NCBI GenBank assembly: GCA_039917755.1
Contig: JBDSIV010000104.1
Coordinates: forward strand, 7,715 to 71,714
Direction: 5' to 3'
Origin: Knoellia sp.
Lineage (GTDB): Bacteria > Actinomycetota > Actinomycetes > Actinomycetales > Dermatophilaceae
DNA length: 64,000 nucleotides
The notes beneath the pieces were generated by a model. The model was not told the DNA's origin. It did no database searches and worked only from the letters and a program-made list of their open reading frames with translations. Both the position numbers and the translations under genes were made by a program. Shown here one piece after another: positions 40,426 to 54,399 of this stretch (positions within the stretch are counted from its first letter, which is position 1; every line of letters begins with the position of its first letter).

Positions 40426-41583
40426 ATGCCGTCCGCTCACCTCGCTCGCCGATCTCTCGTCCTCGGGGCGGCTGGTGCACTCGGTCTGGTGGGCTGCAGT
40501 GGCGGGAGTGAGACACCCACACCGTCCACCACGCCGCCCTCCCCCAACACCACGGCCGGGTCGGCGCCCGCAACCGCATCCAGGACTCCTTCATCCTCGA
40601 CCGGCACCATCCCGCCAGGTTCACCATCGGATGTCGCCACCGACCTCGACGTTCCGTGGTCGATCGCCTTCCTGCCAGGCGGTGACGCACTCGTCACTCT
40701 GCGTGATCGGGCCGAGGTCCTGCGCATCACCCCGACCGGACAGAAGTCGAGCCTGGGCAAGGTCGCTGGCGTGGACCCCAACGGCGAGGGTGGTCTGCTC
40801 GGAATCGCGGTCTCCCCCACCTTCGCCACGGATGCCACCGTGCACCTCTACCTCACCGCCAAGAACGACAACCGGATCGTCGCGACCACCCTTGGGGCAG
40901 ACGGGTTCGGGCCGATGAGAACGGTGCTTCCCGGCATACCCAAAGCAGACCACCACAACGGCGGCCGCATCGCGTGGGGGCCCGATGGCTTCCTCTATGC
41001 CGGCACCGGCGACGCGGGGCAGACCGACCGGGCTCAGGACCGGGACAATCTCGGCGGCAAGATCCTGCGGATCACGGGCGACGGGAAGGCTGCTCCCGGC
41101 AATCCGTTCGGGACCAGCCCGGTGTGGAGCCTGGGGCACCGCAATGTCCAAGGTCTCGCGTGGGGAGCGGACAGGACGATGTACGCCAGCGAGTTCGGGC
41201 AGAACACCTGGGACGAGCTCAACGTCATCGTGCCCGGCAAGAACTACGGCTGGCCCGACGTCGAGGGCATCTCGGACTCCAGCCCGAAGTTCGTTGCACC
41301 GATTGCTCAGTGGGCCACCTCGGACGCGTCACCCAGCGGAATCGCTGTCGGCCGCGACGGCGCGGTCTATCTGGCAGCCTTGCGCGGCGCCTCCCTCTGG
41401 AAGGTCACCGTCGACGGTGCCCGCCGAGTGGGTGAGCCGATCCGCCTGTTGGACAGCACCTACGGCCGCATCCGAGATGTTGTGGCCGCCCCTGACGGGA
41501 CCCTCTGGATCCTGAGCAACAACACCTTCCGGGGCAACCCTCGCGATGGGGACGACCGGATCGTTCGGGTCCCGATCGGCTGA
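40426..41583 (+). CDS. PQQ-dependent sugar dehydrogenase (GSDH), predicted Tat lipoprotein
   Basis: ARRSLV...LVGC lipobox; GEGGLLGIA, HNGGRIAWGPDG, GHRNVQG, NYGWP. Confidence 0.92.
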   Translation: MPSAHLARRSLVLGAAGALGLVGCSGGSETPTPSTTPPSPNTTAGSAPATASRTPSSSTGTIPPGSPSDVATDLDVPWSIAFLPGGDALVTLRDRAEVLRITPTGQKSSLGKVAGVDPNGEGGLLGIAVSPTFATDATVHLYLTAKNDNRIVATTLGADGFGPMRTVLPGIPKADHHNGGRIAWGPDGFLYAGTGDAGQTDRAQDRDNLGGKILRITGDGKAAPGNPFGTSPVWSLGHRNVQGLAWGADRTMYASEFGQNTWDELNVIVPGKNYGWPDVEGISDSSPKFVAPIAQWATSDASPSGIAVGRDGAVYLAALRGASLWKVTVDGARRVGEPIRLLDSTYGRIRDVVAAPDGTLWILSNNTFRGNPRDGDDRIVRVPIG

Positions 41584-41692
41584 ACTTCTCCCCGCTTGGC
41601 GGCAAAGCCCCCTGGGGAGGCACCCGGTGGGTACGTTGAAGCAAGAGGTGGGCGCCGCAGCTCACCAAACACACGAAGGGTGGCATCACACG

Positions 41693-42337
41693 ATGGCTGC
41701 AGTTGACGAGATCCTCCAGAACCTGCCGATCGACCAGCTCGCCCAGCAGGTCGGGGCGCAGCCCCAGGAAGTGCAGCAGGCGGTGCAGACCGCACTTCCC
41801 GCGCTCCTCGGCGGGCTCCAGGCCAACGCGCAAGGGGGAGGCTCGGGCTCCATCCTTGAAGCGCTGGGCCAACACAACAACGACCTGCTCAACGGTGGCG
41901 TCGATCTCGGCCAGGTCGACCCGGCCGAGGGCGAGAAGATCGCCTCCCACATCTTCGGATCGAACCAGGAGCAGGTCTACTCCGCTCTTGGTGGACAGGG
42001 TGCGAGCAGCGGCCTCATCAAGAAGCTCATCCCCATCCTCGCCCCGATCGTCCTGTCCTACCTCGCCAACAAGGTGCTCAAGGGCGGCGGCGGTGGGCTC
42101 GGTGGCGTCCTGGGTGGTGGTGGTGCGACTCCTCAGCAGACGCAGGCACCGGCTGACCAGAGCGGCCAGGGCGGTCCCGGCTCCCTCGACTCGATGCTCC
42201 AGGACGTCCTGGGTGGAGCCCTTGGCGGTGGCACGGCCACGCAGCAGGCGCCCGCACCTCAGCAGAGCCAGCAGTCCAGTGGCGGAGGCATCCTCGGCGG
42301 CATTCTCGGTGGGCTCCTCGGCGGCGGCCGCCGCTGA
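41693..42337 (+). CDS. DUF937 domain-containing glycine-rich protein
   Basis: ALPALLGGL, GEKIASHIFG, KLIPILAPIVLSYL, Gly-rich tail. Confidence 0.85.
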   Translation: MAAVDEILQNLPIDQLAQQVGAQPQEVQQAVQTALPALLGGLQANAQGGGSGSILEALGQHNNDLLNGGVDLGQVDPAEGEKIASHIFGSNQEQVYSALGGQGASSGLIKKLIPILAPIVLSYLANKVLKGGGGGLGGVLGGGGATPQQTQAPADQSGQGGPGSLDSMLQDVLGGALGGGTATQQAPAPQQSQQSSGGGILGGILGGLLGGGRR

Positions 42338-42351
42338 GACCCCCCCCCCGG

Positions 42352-42420
42352 ACTTATTGCCCGAAATCCACCTAGATCCGCCGGTATCCGGCGGATCTTG
42401 GTGGATTTCGGGCAATAAGT
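42352..42420. repeat. Long intergenic inverted repeat (33-bp arms, 1 mismatch) between convergent genes
   Basis: ACTTATTGCCCGAAATCCACCTAGATCCGCCGG-TAT-CCGGCGGATCTTGGTGGATTTCGGGCAATAAGT. Confidence 0.9.
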
Positions 42421-42445
42421 GCGGGGGAGGTAAGGGGTAGGTGCG

Positions 42446-43978
42446 TCAGATGGTGAGTGTGGCGAGGATGATCTCGCGGGCCTTGCCGGCGTCGGCCTGA
42501 CCCTTCATCTCCTTCATGACCTGACCGATGAGCGCACCAGCGGCCTGGACCTTGCCGTCGCGCACCTTTTGCGCCACATCGGGATTGGCGTCGATGACTT
42601 TGGCGACAGCCGCCTCGAGAGCACCGTCGTCCTGGACGAGCTCGAGCCCTCGGGCGTCGGCGACGGCGGTCGGGGTGCCCTCGCCATCGAGGACGCCCTC
42701 CCAGACCTGACGAGCCATGGAGTCGTTGAGCCGGCCGTCCTTCACGAGACCTTCGAGTTCGACAACGAGAGCCGGGGTAATGCCCTTGTCGGCGGCATAC
42801 GAGGCCACGTCGTTCGCGCCGTCGGCGTTGGCGCGGCGGGCGATCTCACCGGACCACCACTTGCGTGCACCGGCCGGCGTGGCACCCGCGGCGACGGTCT
42901 CGCGGATGAGGTCGACGAGGCCGGCATTGAGGACATCGCGCATCTCGAGGTCGCTGAAGCCCCAGTCGGACTGCAGTCGCTTGCGGCGCTGGGCCGGCGG
43001 CTCCGGAAGGGTGGCCCGCAACTCCTCGACGCTCTCGCGGGCCGGAGCGACCGGCACGAGGTCGGGCTCTGGGAAGTAGCGGTAGTCATCGGCGTCGGAC
43101 TTGGCCCGGCCGGACGTCGTGATGCCGGTGTCCTCGTGCCAGTGCCGCGTCTCCTGGAAAATCGAGCCACCTGCCTGGAGGATGGCCCCATGCCGGCACA
43201 TCTCGTAGCGGACTGCACGCTCGACGGAGCGGAGCGAGTTGACGTTCTTGGTCTCGGTGCGGGTGCCGAGCGTGGTCTCACCCTTGGGCATGAGCGAGAC
43301 GTTGACGTCGCAACGCATCGAGCCCTGCTCCATCTTCACGTCAGAGACATCGAGCGCCTTGAGCAGGTCACGCAGGACCGCGACGTAGGCACGCGCGATC
43401 TCGGGCGCCCGCTCCCCCGCACCACGCAGCGGTTTGGTGACGATCTCGATGAGCGGGATGCCCGCGCGGTTGTAGTCGACGAGCGAGTGGGTCGCGCCGT
43501 GGATGCGACCGGTTGAGCCACCGACGTGAAGCGACTTGCCCGTGTCCTCCTCCATGTGCGCCCGCTCGATCTCGACCCGATAGGTCGACCCATCATCGAG
43601 ATCGACGTCGAGGTAGCCCTCGAAGGCGATCGGCTCGTCGTACTGCGACGTCTGGAAGTTCTTGGGCATGTCCGGATAGAAGTAGTTCTTGCGTGCGAAC
43701 CGGCACCACTGCGCGATCTCGCAGTTGAGCGCAAGGCCGATCCGGATCGCGGACTCGACCGCCTTCTCGTTGACCACGGGCAGGGCACCGGGCAGGCCGA
43801 GGCAGACCGGGCAGACCTGGGTGTTGGGCTCGGCGCCGAACTCGGTCGCGCATCCACAGAACATCTTGGTGTTGGTGCCCAGCTCGACGTGGACCTCAAG
43901 TCCCATGACGGGGTCGAACGAGGCAAGGACGTCGTCGTAGGAGATCGTGGCTTCGGTATCAATGGAGGTCGAGGTCAT
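42446..43978 (-). CDS. gatB: Asp/Glu-tRNA amidotransferase subunit B
   Basis: [33 protein letters not shown]. Confidence 0.97.
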   Translation of the reverse strand: MTSTSIDTEATISYDDVLASFDPVMGLEVHVELGTNTKMFCGCATEFGAEPNTQVCPVCLGLPGALPVVNEKAVESAIRIGLALNCEIAQWCRFARKNYFYPDMPKNFQTSQYDEPIAFEGYLDVDLDDGSTYRVEIERAHMEEDTGKSLHVGGSTGRIHGATHSLVDYNRAGIPLIEIVTKPLRGAGERAPEIARAYVAVLRDLLKALDVSDVKMEQGSMRCDVNVSLMPKGETTLGTRTETKNVNSLRSVERAVRYEMCRHGAILQAGGSIFQETRHWHEDTGITTSGRAKSDADDYRYFPEPDLVPVAPARESVEELRATLPEPPAQRRKRLQSDWGFSDLEMRDVLNAGLVDLIRETVAAGATPAGARKWWSGEIARRANADGANDVASYAADKGITPALVVELEGLVKDGRLNDSMARQVWEGVLDGEGTPTAVADARGLELVQDDGALEAAVAKVIDANPDVAQKVRDGKVQAAGALIGQVMKEMKGQADAGKAREIILATLTI

Positions 43979-43979
43979 G

Positions 43980-45515
43980 TCAGGCACCCTTCTGCTTCGA
44001 ACCGGCACTGGCAGCGAGGTCGGGCGCCTTGCCGAGCAACGGACCGCCCCACGACGCGAGGAGACGCTGCTCGAGCGCGGCACCCACGGCATACAGACGC
44101 TCGTCAGCAGCGGCAGGTGCAAGGATCTGGAAGCCCGCAGGCAGCCCGTCCTCGTCGGCGAGGCCGCTCGGCAGGGACATGCCGGGCACCCCCGCGAGGT
44201 TGGCGGGGATGGTGGCAATGTCGTTGAGGTACATGGCCATCGGGTCGTCGATCTTGTCGCCGAACTTGAACGCGGTCGTCGGCGCGGTCGGGCTGACGAG
44301 CACATCGGCAGACTCGAACGCCTTGGTGAAGTCGTCAGCGATGAGGCGGCGCACCTTCTGGGCCGAGCCGTAGTAGGCGTCGTAGTAACCCGATGACAGG
44401 GCGTAGGTACCCAGGATGATGCGGCGCTTGACCTCGTCCCCGAAGCCCGCATCGCGCGTGGCCGCCATGACCTGCTCGGCGCTCGGCGCGTCGACGCCCT
44501 CGGGCAGGACACGCAGGCCGAACCGCATGGCGTCGAACTTCGCGAGATTGCTGGAAGCCTCGGACGGGAGGATGAGGTAGTAGGCCGCAAGCGCCGCGGT
44601 GAAGCTCGGGCACGAGACCTCGACGACCTCGGCTCCGGCGTCGACGAGGTGCTGGACCGACTCGTCAAAGCGGGCCTGCACACCGGCCTGGAAGCCGTCA
44701 CCGGTGAGCTCGCGCACGATGCCGATCTTCATCCCCGTGACATCGGCGCGACGGGCGGCCTCGACCACCGCCGGGACGGGCGCGTTGATCGAGGTGGAGT
44801 CCATGGGGTCGTGCCCGCCGATGACCTCGTGCAGCAGGGCCGCGTCGAGGACAGTGCGGGTGCACGGGCCCGCTTGGTCGAGCGAGGACGCGAGCGCGAC
44901 GAGGCCATAGCGGGAGACGCCGCCATAGGTCGGCTTCGTTCCGACGGTCCCGGTCACAGCCGCGGGCTGACGGATCGAGCCACCGGTGTCGGTGCCGATC
45001 GCGAGCGGTGCCTGGAACGAGGCAACGACGGCGCTGGAGCCACCACCGGAGCCGCCGGGGATGCGGTCGAGGTCCCACGGGTTGCGCGTCGGGCCGTAGG
45101 CCGAGTGCTCGGTCGAGGAGCCCATGGCGAACTCGTCCATGTTGGTCTTGCCCAGGATCGGCATGCCCGCCTCGCGCAGACGCGTCACAACGGTCGCGTC
45201 GTAGGGCGGGATCCAGCCCTCGAGGATCTTGGAGCCGCAGGTGGTCGGCAGGCCCTTGGTGGCCATGACGTCCTTGACGGCGATCGGCACACCGGCGAGT
45301 TGGTGCAACGCCTCGCCGCGGCCACGTCGCTCGTCGATGTCGCGGGCACTGGCCAGGGCGCCCTCGCGGTCGACGTGGAGGTAGGCGTGCACGGCGGTGT
45401 CGACAGCATCGGTGCGGGCGAGTAGCGCTCGCGTCACCTCGACCGAGCTCGTCTCACCACTGGTGAGCAGGTCGGCGAGCTCGGAAGCGCTGGCGCGGGT
45501 CAGGTCGGTGGTCAC
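43980..45515 (-). CDS. gatA: Asp/Glu-tRNA amidotransferase subunit A
   Basis: [33 protein letters not shown]. Confidence 0.97.
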   Translation of the reverse strand: MTTDLTRASASELADLLTSGETSSVEVTRALLARTDAVDTAVHAYLHVDREGALASARDIDERRGRGEALHQLAGVPIAVKDVMATKGLPTTCGSKILEGWIPPYDATVVTRLREAGMPILGKTNMDEFAMGSSTEHSAYGPTRNPWDLDRIPGGSGGGSSAVVASFQAPLAIGTDTGGSIRQPAAVTGTVGTKPTYGGVSRYGLVALASSLDQAGPCTRTVLDAALLHEVIGGHDPMDSTSINAPVPAVVEAARRADVTGMKIGIVRELTGDGFQAGVQARFDESVQHLVDAGAEVVEVSCPSFTAALAAYYLILPSEASSNLAKFDAMRFGLRVLPEGVDAPSAEQVMAATRDAGFGDEVKRRIILGTYALSSGYYDAYYGSAQKVRRLIADDFTKAFESADVLVSPTAPTTAFKFGDKIDDPMAMYLNDIATIPANLAGVPGMSLPSGLADEDGLPAGFQILAPAAADERLYAVGAALEQRLLASWGGPLLGKAPDLAASAGSKQKGA

Positions 45516-45564
45516 ATCGGTCCTTGCGGTCTGGGAATGCGTGGTGCCGGGAAACAACAGTGCG

Positions 45565-45593
45565 GTATGCCGGGTGCTCGCCACCCGGCATAC
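45565..45593. repeat. gatC-gatA intergenic hairpin built from two inverted CGGCATAC octamers
   Basis: GTATGCCGGGTG-CTCGC-CACCCGGCATAC. Confidence 0.85.
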
Positions 45594-45602
45594 GTGCGTC
45601 TT

Positions 45603-45899
45603 TCAGTCTTCGTCGAGGATGCGGGGCACGGAGAAGCGCTGCTGGTCGGCCGCCGGTGCACCCGCCAAGACCGCGTCGGCCTCGAGGCTGGCGCGGACGA
45701 CGTCGGGGCGGGTGACGTTGACGATCGGCATCGGGTGGCTCATCGGCTCGACGCCCTCGATCGGTGACTGCTGCACGATCGCCACGGACTCGAGGATGAT
45801 GCCCAACTCACCGACCATTTTGTCGAGCTCGGCGTCGGAGAGATCGATGCGGGCGAGACCGGCGAGGTGGGCCACGTCGTCGCGGGTGAGTTCAGCCAT
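45603..45899 (-). CDS. gatC: Asp/Glu-tRNA amidotransferase subunit C
   Basis: LTRDDVAHLAGLARI...FSVPRILDED. Confidence 0.96.
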   Translation of the reverse strand: MAELTRDDVAHLAGLARIDLSDAELDKMVGELGIILESVAIVQQSPIEGVEPMSHPMPIVNVTRPDVVRASLEADAVLAGAPAADQQRFSVPRILDED

Positions 45900-45962
45900 G
45901 CGCCCAGTCTATGGGCCGGTCTGACCAGGGCCGGCAGGCAGTTGCCGGAGTGCCGAGCAGGC

Positions 45963-46493
45963 TCACCCTTGCGGCCGGAGGAGGCGCTCCCTCGTGTAGT
46001 CGTCCTGGACGAGTGCCGGCTCACGAGACACCCAGAACCGCACCATGTCGAGTCCCCGCTCCCACTGCGCGGCCGACTCCTCGATCTGGGCAACCACGCT
46101 ACCGTCGGGCCCGACCAGCTGAACCCGTGCACCGCGATTGGCGCGATTGATGGTCGACGCAGGGAGAGCGCGAACCTCGCGCAGGTCCGCAACGGCCACC
46201 CTCGTCCTCCCTGGGCGGCGTTCGATCCGATCAGGACCGAGAGTGAGTCCGAAGGTCAGGACCGTGTGGGCCGCAACGGGAAGGAGGATGACAAAGAAGA
46301 TGACCAGCAACCAGCCCATAGTCGCTGCGAGCCATGGGACGTTCTCTCCTGGGCCGTATCTCACGAGCCCATAGAGCCCGAAAACACACCCGACCCACAG
46401 AACCACCATGAGCGGGATGCTCACGAGCCGCGCCCACGCAGGAGAGCGGAAGACCACAGGGGCGGGGAGTGCTCCCCATTGAGGACTGGTCAC
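45963..46493 (-). CDS. Two-TM membrane protein with probable PH-like C-terminal domain
   Basis: Two hydrophobic helices then a beta-rich segment; GATACT -10 7 nt before GTG. Confidence 0.65.
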   Translation of the reverse strand: MTSPQWGALPAPVVFRSPAWARLVSIPLMVVLWVGCVFGLYGLVRYGPGENVPWLAATMGWLLVIFFVILLPVAAHTVLTFGLTLGPDRIERRPGRTRVAVADLREVRALPASTINRANRGARVQLVGPDGSVVAQIEESAAQWERGLDMVRFWVSREPALVQDDYTRERLLRPQG

Positions 46494-46571
46494 GGTCCTC
46501 AGTATCGTCACTGGCTGGGGCAATTCGCGGGACCACCGTCCTCCACCGCGACCAACGGAAGGTTTTGCACG

Positions 46572-46865
46572 ATGACGTTTGACGTCACGCCGTCGGACAT
46601 CCGACAACATGCCAACGCGGTGGCGACCGTTGCGGGCACGCTGAGTCAGATGCAGCAGGCCAGTTCCGTGAGTGGAGACAGCTACGGGCTGCTGCTGTCT
46701 TGGCTACCCGGCGCACTCAACGATGCGGCTGGCGACGTTGAGGGCGCCTTGGACCAAGTCGCGACCAACGCTGGTCAGGCCGTGAACGGCCTACGCACGA
46801 TGGCTGACCAGTACGACACCGATGACCAGAACGCCGTCTGGGAGCTGAGGACGACCTATCCATGA
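46572..46865 (+). CDS. EspC/WXG100-like type VII secretion substrate
   Basis: 97 aa helical hairpin, FDVTPSDIRQHA start, central YG, C-terminal YDTDD = YxxxD/E signal. Confidence 0.75.
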   Translation: MTFDVTPSDIRQHANAVATVAGTLSQMQQASSVSGDSYGLLLSWLPGALNDAAGDVEGALDQVATNAGQAVNGLRTMADQYDTDDQNAVWELRTTYP

Positions 46866-47911
46866 GCAACAACCCCTTCACCGTCACGGACACCGCCAGC
46901 TCGCCGGATGGCACCACCTTTGGAATCCAAGAAGGCTCATCCTGGACATCCGGTGCGGGAATCATCGACAGCGGCGCCTCGACCATCGCTTCCCTGTGCA
47001 CGGGGGACTGGGTGGATGCCGCGTTGAGCGGTGTCTCCCTTCTCCTCGACGCAGCGGCGACCGCGGCCGACCCGCTGGGGTCGGCGATTGCCGCCGGTAT
47101 CGGCTGGCTCATCGACCACCTCAACCCGATCAAGGGCTGGTTCGAGGAGGTCGCCGGCAACTCCGGCGGCGCCATTGCCCAAGCCCAGACCTGGGGGCTG
47201 ATCAGCACGGGTCTCACACCGGCCGGCACGGACTGGGGGACGTCGGCTGACAACCTCATCAAGCCTCAGGCGGGACCTGCGGTCAACGCTTACCTCGGCT
47301 GGCAGCAGACCCACACGGACGCCATCAACGAGTTGGTGGGCGCGACCAGCGCCATGCAGGAGTCGATCGCCACCGCAGCCGGCATTGTCGGCTTCGTTCA
47401 TGGATTCCTGCGAGACGTCCTGGCTCAGCTTGTGGGAGCAGCCATCAGTTGGGCGACGGAGGCCATCCTGTCGTGCGGCACGCTCATCCCCTGGATCTGC
47501 GGCCAGATCGGGACCCGAATCGCGGCAGTCACCGCCAAATGTTCAGGCTTCGTCACGGGGCTGGTCCGGTCGGGTAGCAAGCTGAGCGCCCTGCTCAAGA
47601 CGTTGGGCGCGTGGGGCCAGAACGTCCTCAGGTTCCTCGACAAGATCAAGACCAACCCCAACCTGCACCGCTCGACCCCACGCCACGCTGCCCCAGCGGG
47701 CGGGATACCTGACACGCCACCCTGGTCATGGAGGCCGCCGCCGGGCTACAACCCCAAACCCGGCACCCACCGCATGCCGGATCCCACCTTGCCGGAGGCT
47801 CTCGTGGCCGGTGGACGAGGCGCCGTGCGCGACAGCCCGTACACCGCTGGGACCAATGGCGGTTTCGCCGGACGGGACGGGCGGGCAGGGCACGCCGAAC
47901 CCGAGGAGTGA
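46862..47911 (+). CDS. EspA/WXG-like helical T7SS-associated protein with Pro-rich tail
   Basis: DPLGSAIAAGIGWLIDHLNPIKGWFEEVAG...AQTW helical bundle; ATGA overlap with the upstream gene. Confidence 0.7.
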   Translation: MSNNPFTVTDTASSPDGTTFGIQEGSSWTSGAGIIDSGASTIASLCTGDWVDAALSGVSLLLDAAATAADPLGSAIAAGIGWLIDHLNPIKGWFEEVAGNSGGAIAQAQTWGLISTGLTPAGTDWGTSADNLIKPQAGPAVNAYLGWQQTHTDAINELVGATSAMQESIATAAGIVGFVHGFLRDVLAQLVGAAISWATEAILSCGTLIPWICGQIGTRIAAVTAKCSGFVTGLVRSGSKLSALLKTLGAWGQNVLRFLDKIKTNPNLHRSTPRHAAPAGGIPDTPPWSWRPPPGYNPKPGTHRMPDPTLPEALVAGGRGAVRDSPYTAGTNGGFAGRDGRAGHAEPEE

Positions 47912-47912
47912 C

Positions 47913-48257
47913 TCAGGTGGTGCGGCTGATGTCGATCAGCCGCACCATCAGGGTCAGCGGATACCAACCCAGACCCAACAACACCACCGCCCAGAACGCC
48001 CACCGCCCCCGGAGACCGGCTGAGGTGCGCCGAGTGGGCTCAGGCGCCCTGAAGGACGCAAAGAAACGCGACCGAGCCAGCAGTCCGTGAGTGCCCCTGG
48101 GCCCCTTTTCGAAGGGCGACCACCAGTTGCCGGAACGCAGGCCGACGATGAGTCCACGCACGTACGGCACAGCAAACAACAGCCACACTCCACCGAAGAG
48201 CAGCAACGCGATGCTCGACGAGAGAATCACGGGACCGTCAGGGTTCAGCTCAGCCAT
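47913..48257 (-). CDS. Small two-TM membrane protein, hypothetical
   Basis: Two hydrophobic segments; convergent with the EspA-like gene with a 1-bp gap. Confidence 0.65.
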   Translation of the reverse strand: MAELNPDGPVILSSSIALLLFGGVWLLFAVPYVRGLIVGLRSGNWWSPFEKGPRGTHGLLARSRFFASFRAPEPTRRTSAGLRGRWAFWAVVLLGLGWYPLTLMVRLIDISRTT

Positions 48258-48301
48258 CAGCCGAGTCTGGCGTATGACGGTCGGCGACTATCGTCTGGGG
48301 C

Positions 48302-48766
48302 ATGAGCGATTCGAGGGGATACGCCGGCCCGGACGAGGCCCTGGCCGCCGTCGAGGCCCAGGCAGCCCGAGCCGAACCACAGGCCGAGCGAGCGCGCGCG
48401 TGGAGCGAGGAAGTGGCCAAGATCCAGGGTGTGGGCCACGCCGAGTCCGGCAAGGTCCAGGCCACCGTGGACATCCAAGGACTCCTGACGGGACTGTCGG
48501 TGAGTGACGCAGTTGCCTCGCTCGGAGGTCGCAAAGCCACCAGGGCAATCCAGGGCGCAGTTCGGGCTGCGCAGGAGTCGGTGCGCCAGCAGGCCGTCCA
48601 GTCTTCGGAACGGATGTGGGGTCCCGGCTCGCCAACCACCGACGCGTTTCGCGCAGAGGTCGAGGCCGCAACCCCGCTGATCGAGATCCAGCCGCTGGAG
48701 AGTGACGGTCGCACGAGCCCCGGCGGGCCCGGTTCGCGCCCCTCGAACGATGGAGGTACGTGGTGA
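48302..48766 (+). CDS. YbaB/EbfC-family (EspD/EspL-like) protein
   Basis: GVGHAESGKVQATVDIQGLLTGLSV...AIQGAVRAA. Confidence 0.75.
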   Translation: MSDSRGYAGPDEALAAVEAQAARAEPQAERARAWSEEVAKIQGVGHAESGKVQATVDIQGLLTGLSVSDAVASLGGRKATRAIQGAVRAAQESVRQQAVQSSERMWGPGSPTTDAFRAEVEAATPLIEIQPLESDGRTSPGGPGSRPSNDGGTW

Positions 48767-49164
48767 TGGACCCGTCGATCTTTGATGGCGAGACGCCCGG
48801 GGAAATGGAGCTCAACCGTCTGGTCCAGCAGGCGAAGGCGGCGATGGCTTGGCGCAACGGCGTGAACGCCCTTCGTGGGCGGGCAAGTCACGAAGGTGTG
48901 GAGGCCCAGGTGAGTGCCAGCGGTGGCGTGGTCGACATCGAGGTGAACGACGCTGCGTGCGCACAAGGCGGAACGTCCTTGGCCGAGCGCGTGCTCGACT
49001 CCGTGTTGGCGGCACAGCAGGATCTGGCCGTGCAGTTGCGCAACTCAGCGGTCGAGACGTTCGGCGAGGACTCCTCGCAGGCACGCACCGTCGCCAACGC
49101 GACCGAAACCCGCTTCGGCCGAGCAACTGTGCTCGAGCCCCTCCCGGAGTCCGACCGCGCCTAA
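48766..49164 (+). CDS. YbaB/EbfC-family (EspD/EspL-like) protein
   Basis: GRASHEGVEAQVSASGGVVDIEV...LAERVLDSVLAAQ...ETFGEDS; TGATG overlap. Confidence 0.72.
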   Translation: MDPSIFDGETPGEMELNRLVQQAKAAMAWRNGVNALRGRASHEGVEAQVSASGGVVDIEVNDAACAQGGTSLAERVLDSVLAAQQDLAVQLRNSAVETFGEDSSQARTVANATETRFGRATVLEPLPESDRA

Positions 49165-49172
49165 CGCCCGGC

Positions 49173-51470
<2,298 letters not shown>

Positions 51471-51511
51471 TCACAGTTCGTGCACCGATCAGTCACAGCC
51501 AGGGGGCCACG

Positions 51512-52371
<860 letters not shown>

Positions 52372-52375
<4 letters not shown>

Positions 52376-54360
52376 TCGGCCTGCGCGACTCGGTGACGCT
52401 GGCCCGCACCAAGGTGCGCTCCAAGCGGATCCGGCTGCTCATCACCACGATCGTCTCGGGGCTGTTGTTCGGGCTCATCGCCGGCGGGATCCTGCTCTTC
52501 GACGGGACGGCCGCCAGCGTCAACCGGTTCGCGGACCAGAACCTGGGCGGGCGCTACCTCGTCCAGGGCACTCCCATCATCGACTCCATGCAGATCTATC
52601 CGGACCCGGCGGACCCGAAGGTGCGCGAGGAAGTCCTTGCCCTGCACACGGCATACATCGCCGAACGCAAGGCCGCGGCGGAGAAGTACGGCATCACAAA
52701 CTACGACGAGAAGACCGAGATCCAGCCGATCATCGATGACCCCTACGGTGATCCGAGCCGGCCAGCAGATCAACGCAAGAGCGCCAACACCGAGTCGGTC
52801 GCGTGGAAACGACGCGAGGCAGCCTCGTTCGCCAAGGCCACCGAGCAGTCGAACGCCACCCCCGAGAAGTTCGCCGCGGACTCGCGAGCGGCAGGGGCGA
52901 GCGACACCTACGAGCCCAGGAGCCTGCAACACCTCGGCCTCACCCATCTCAAGGACGGGCGCGAGGACCTGACCCGCACGGAGCAGCCGACGACGGACGG
53001 CCAGCAGCCGATGGGTGAGAGCCAAGGTGACTCCAGCATCGCCGGCGCGAACTACACGATCATGGACAACGACCTCGTGGCGTCGTTCATCGCCGAGCCC
53101 AATGCCGCCCGGTCCACCCCCAAGGGCATCCCCGTGCTCGTGCCCATTGACGACGTCGTCGCCACGTTGGGCAAGAATCTGGGCCTGAGCAAGCGCCCGA
53201 AAGACAGTGCGGGACAGATTGATTGGTACCGCTCGGTGCTCGAGAAGGTCAACGGCCAGACCTACACCGCGTGCTACCGCAACCAGGCCGAGCGCGAGCG
53301 GGTCGACCAGGCCCGTCAGATCACCGCTGACCTCGCGGCCAACAAGGACGCCGCGGGCTTCGAGAAGCCGGGTCTCATGCTTGAGCTCCCCACCAACGCC
53401 TGCGGTTCGGTCACGGTGGCGGCTGACAGCCGGAGTGATGAGCAGAAGGAGAAGGACGCGAATCAACGTGCCTTCGACGCCCAGTTCCAGCCGCAGGACC
53501 CTCCTAAGGCAGAGCTGGTGACCTTCCAGATCGTTGGCGTGCTTCCCACCCCGCAGTCGGGTGGCGGCGGTTTGGAGTCGGTGGTGTCCTCGATCGTCGG
53601 CACGACCTACGGCTATGGCGCGCTCATCCCCGCCGACCTCCTGGCCGCGCTGCCCGCTCCTTTGCGTCACGACACGCTCCTCGCCCAGAAGTCGGTGGTG
53701 AACGATCCGATGATGATGCAGTACGGGCCCATGGGGCCGGAGGCGGCCTATATCGCCTCGTTCCCCACGGTTGATGGAGCCAAGGCCTTCATCGAGTCCA
53801 ATGCGTGTGGCGGCGGCGGGTTCATGGATGGGGGCTACTACACCGAATGTGGCAAGCCGTTTTCGGTGGGCACCTTCGGGACGAGCTATCTCGTCGTGGA
53901 CGACATCAGCACCGGGGCACGGCCCTATCTCCTCGGTCTGCTGGCCGCCCTCTTCGGCGTGGCAACGATCATCATCTGGGCGATGATGGGCCGCGTCATT
54001 GCCGACTCCCGGCGCGAAACAGCGGTGTTCCGGGCGATCGGCGCCAAGCGTTCCGACATCACCAGCGTCTATCTCATTTATTCGCTGTGGGTGGCCCTGC
54101 GGATCGCCGTGTTTGCCGCCCTGCTCGGTGCCGCCATCGCCTTCACCATCGAGTTCCTCTTTGCGAAGCGGGCGACCGATGCGGCGCAGTTGGCCTACGG
54201 CGTCTTCAACGGGAACGCGAAGTTCCACTTCGTCACGGTGCCCTCGCTGCTGTGGTGGTCGATTCTGGCGGGCATCCTCGCGATGGCCTTGGTCGCCATC
54301 ACGCCACCGCTGTTGCGCAACATCCGCCGCAACCCGATCCGAGACATGCGCGACGAGTGA
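52372..54360 (+). CDS. FtsX/MacB-type ABC permease
   Basis: N-terminal TM, large extracytoplasmic domain, RRETAVFRAIGAKRSDI, NPIRDMRDE end. Confidence 0.9.
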
Positions 54361-54399
54361 GCGACCCGGCGGTGACGTCTGCCGTGGGGCCGGCGTGGG

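Noticed and set aside
42446-44701. Apparent 751-aa GatB with long N-terminal extension
   Set aside because: The extension is an alternative frame of gatA; the real start is MTSTSID at 43978
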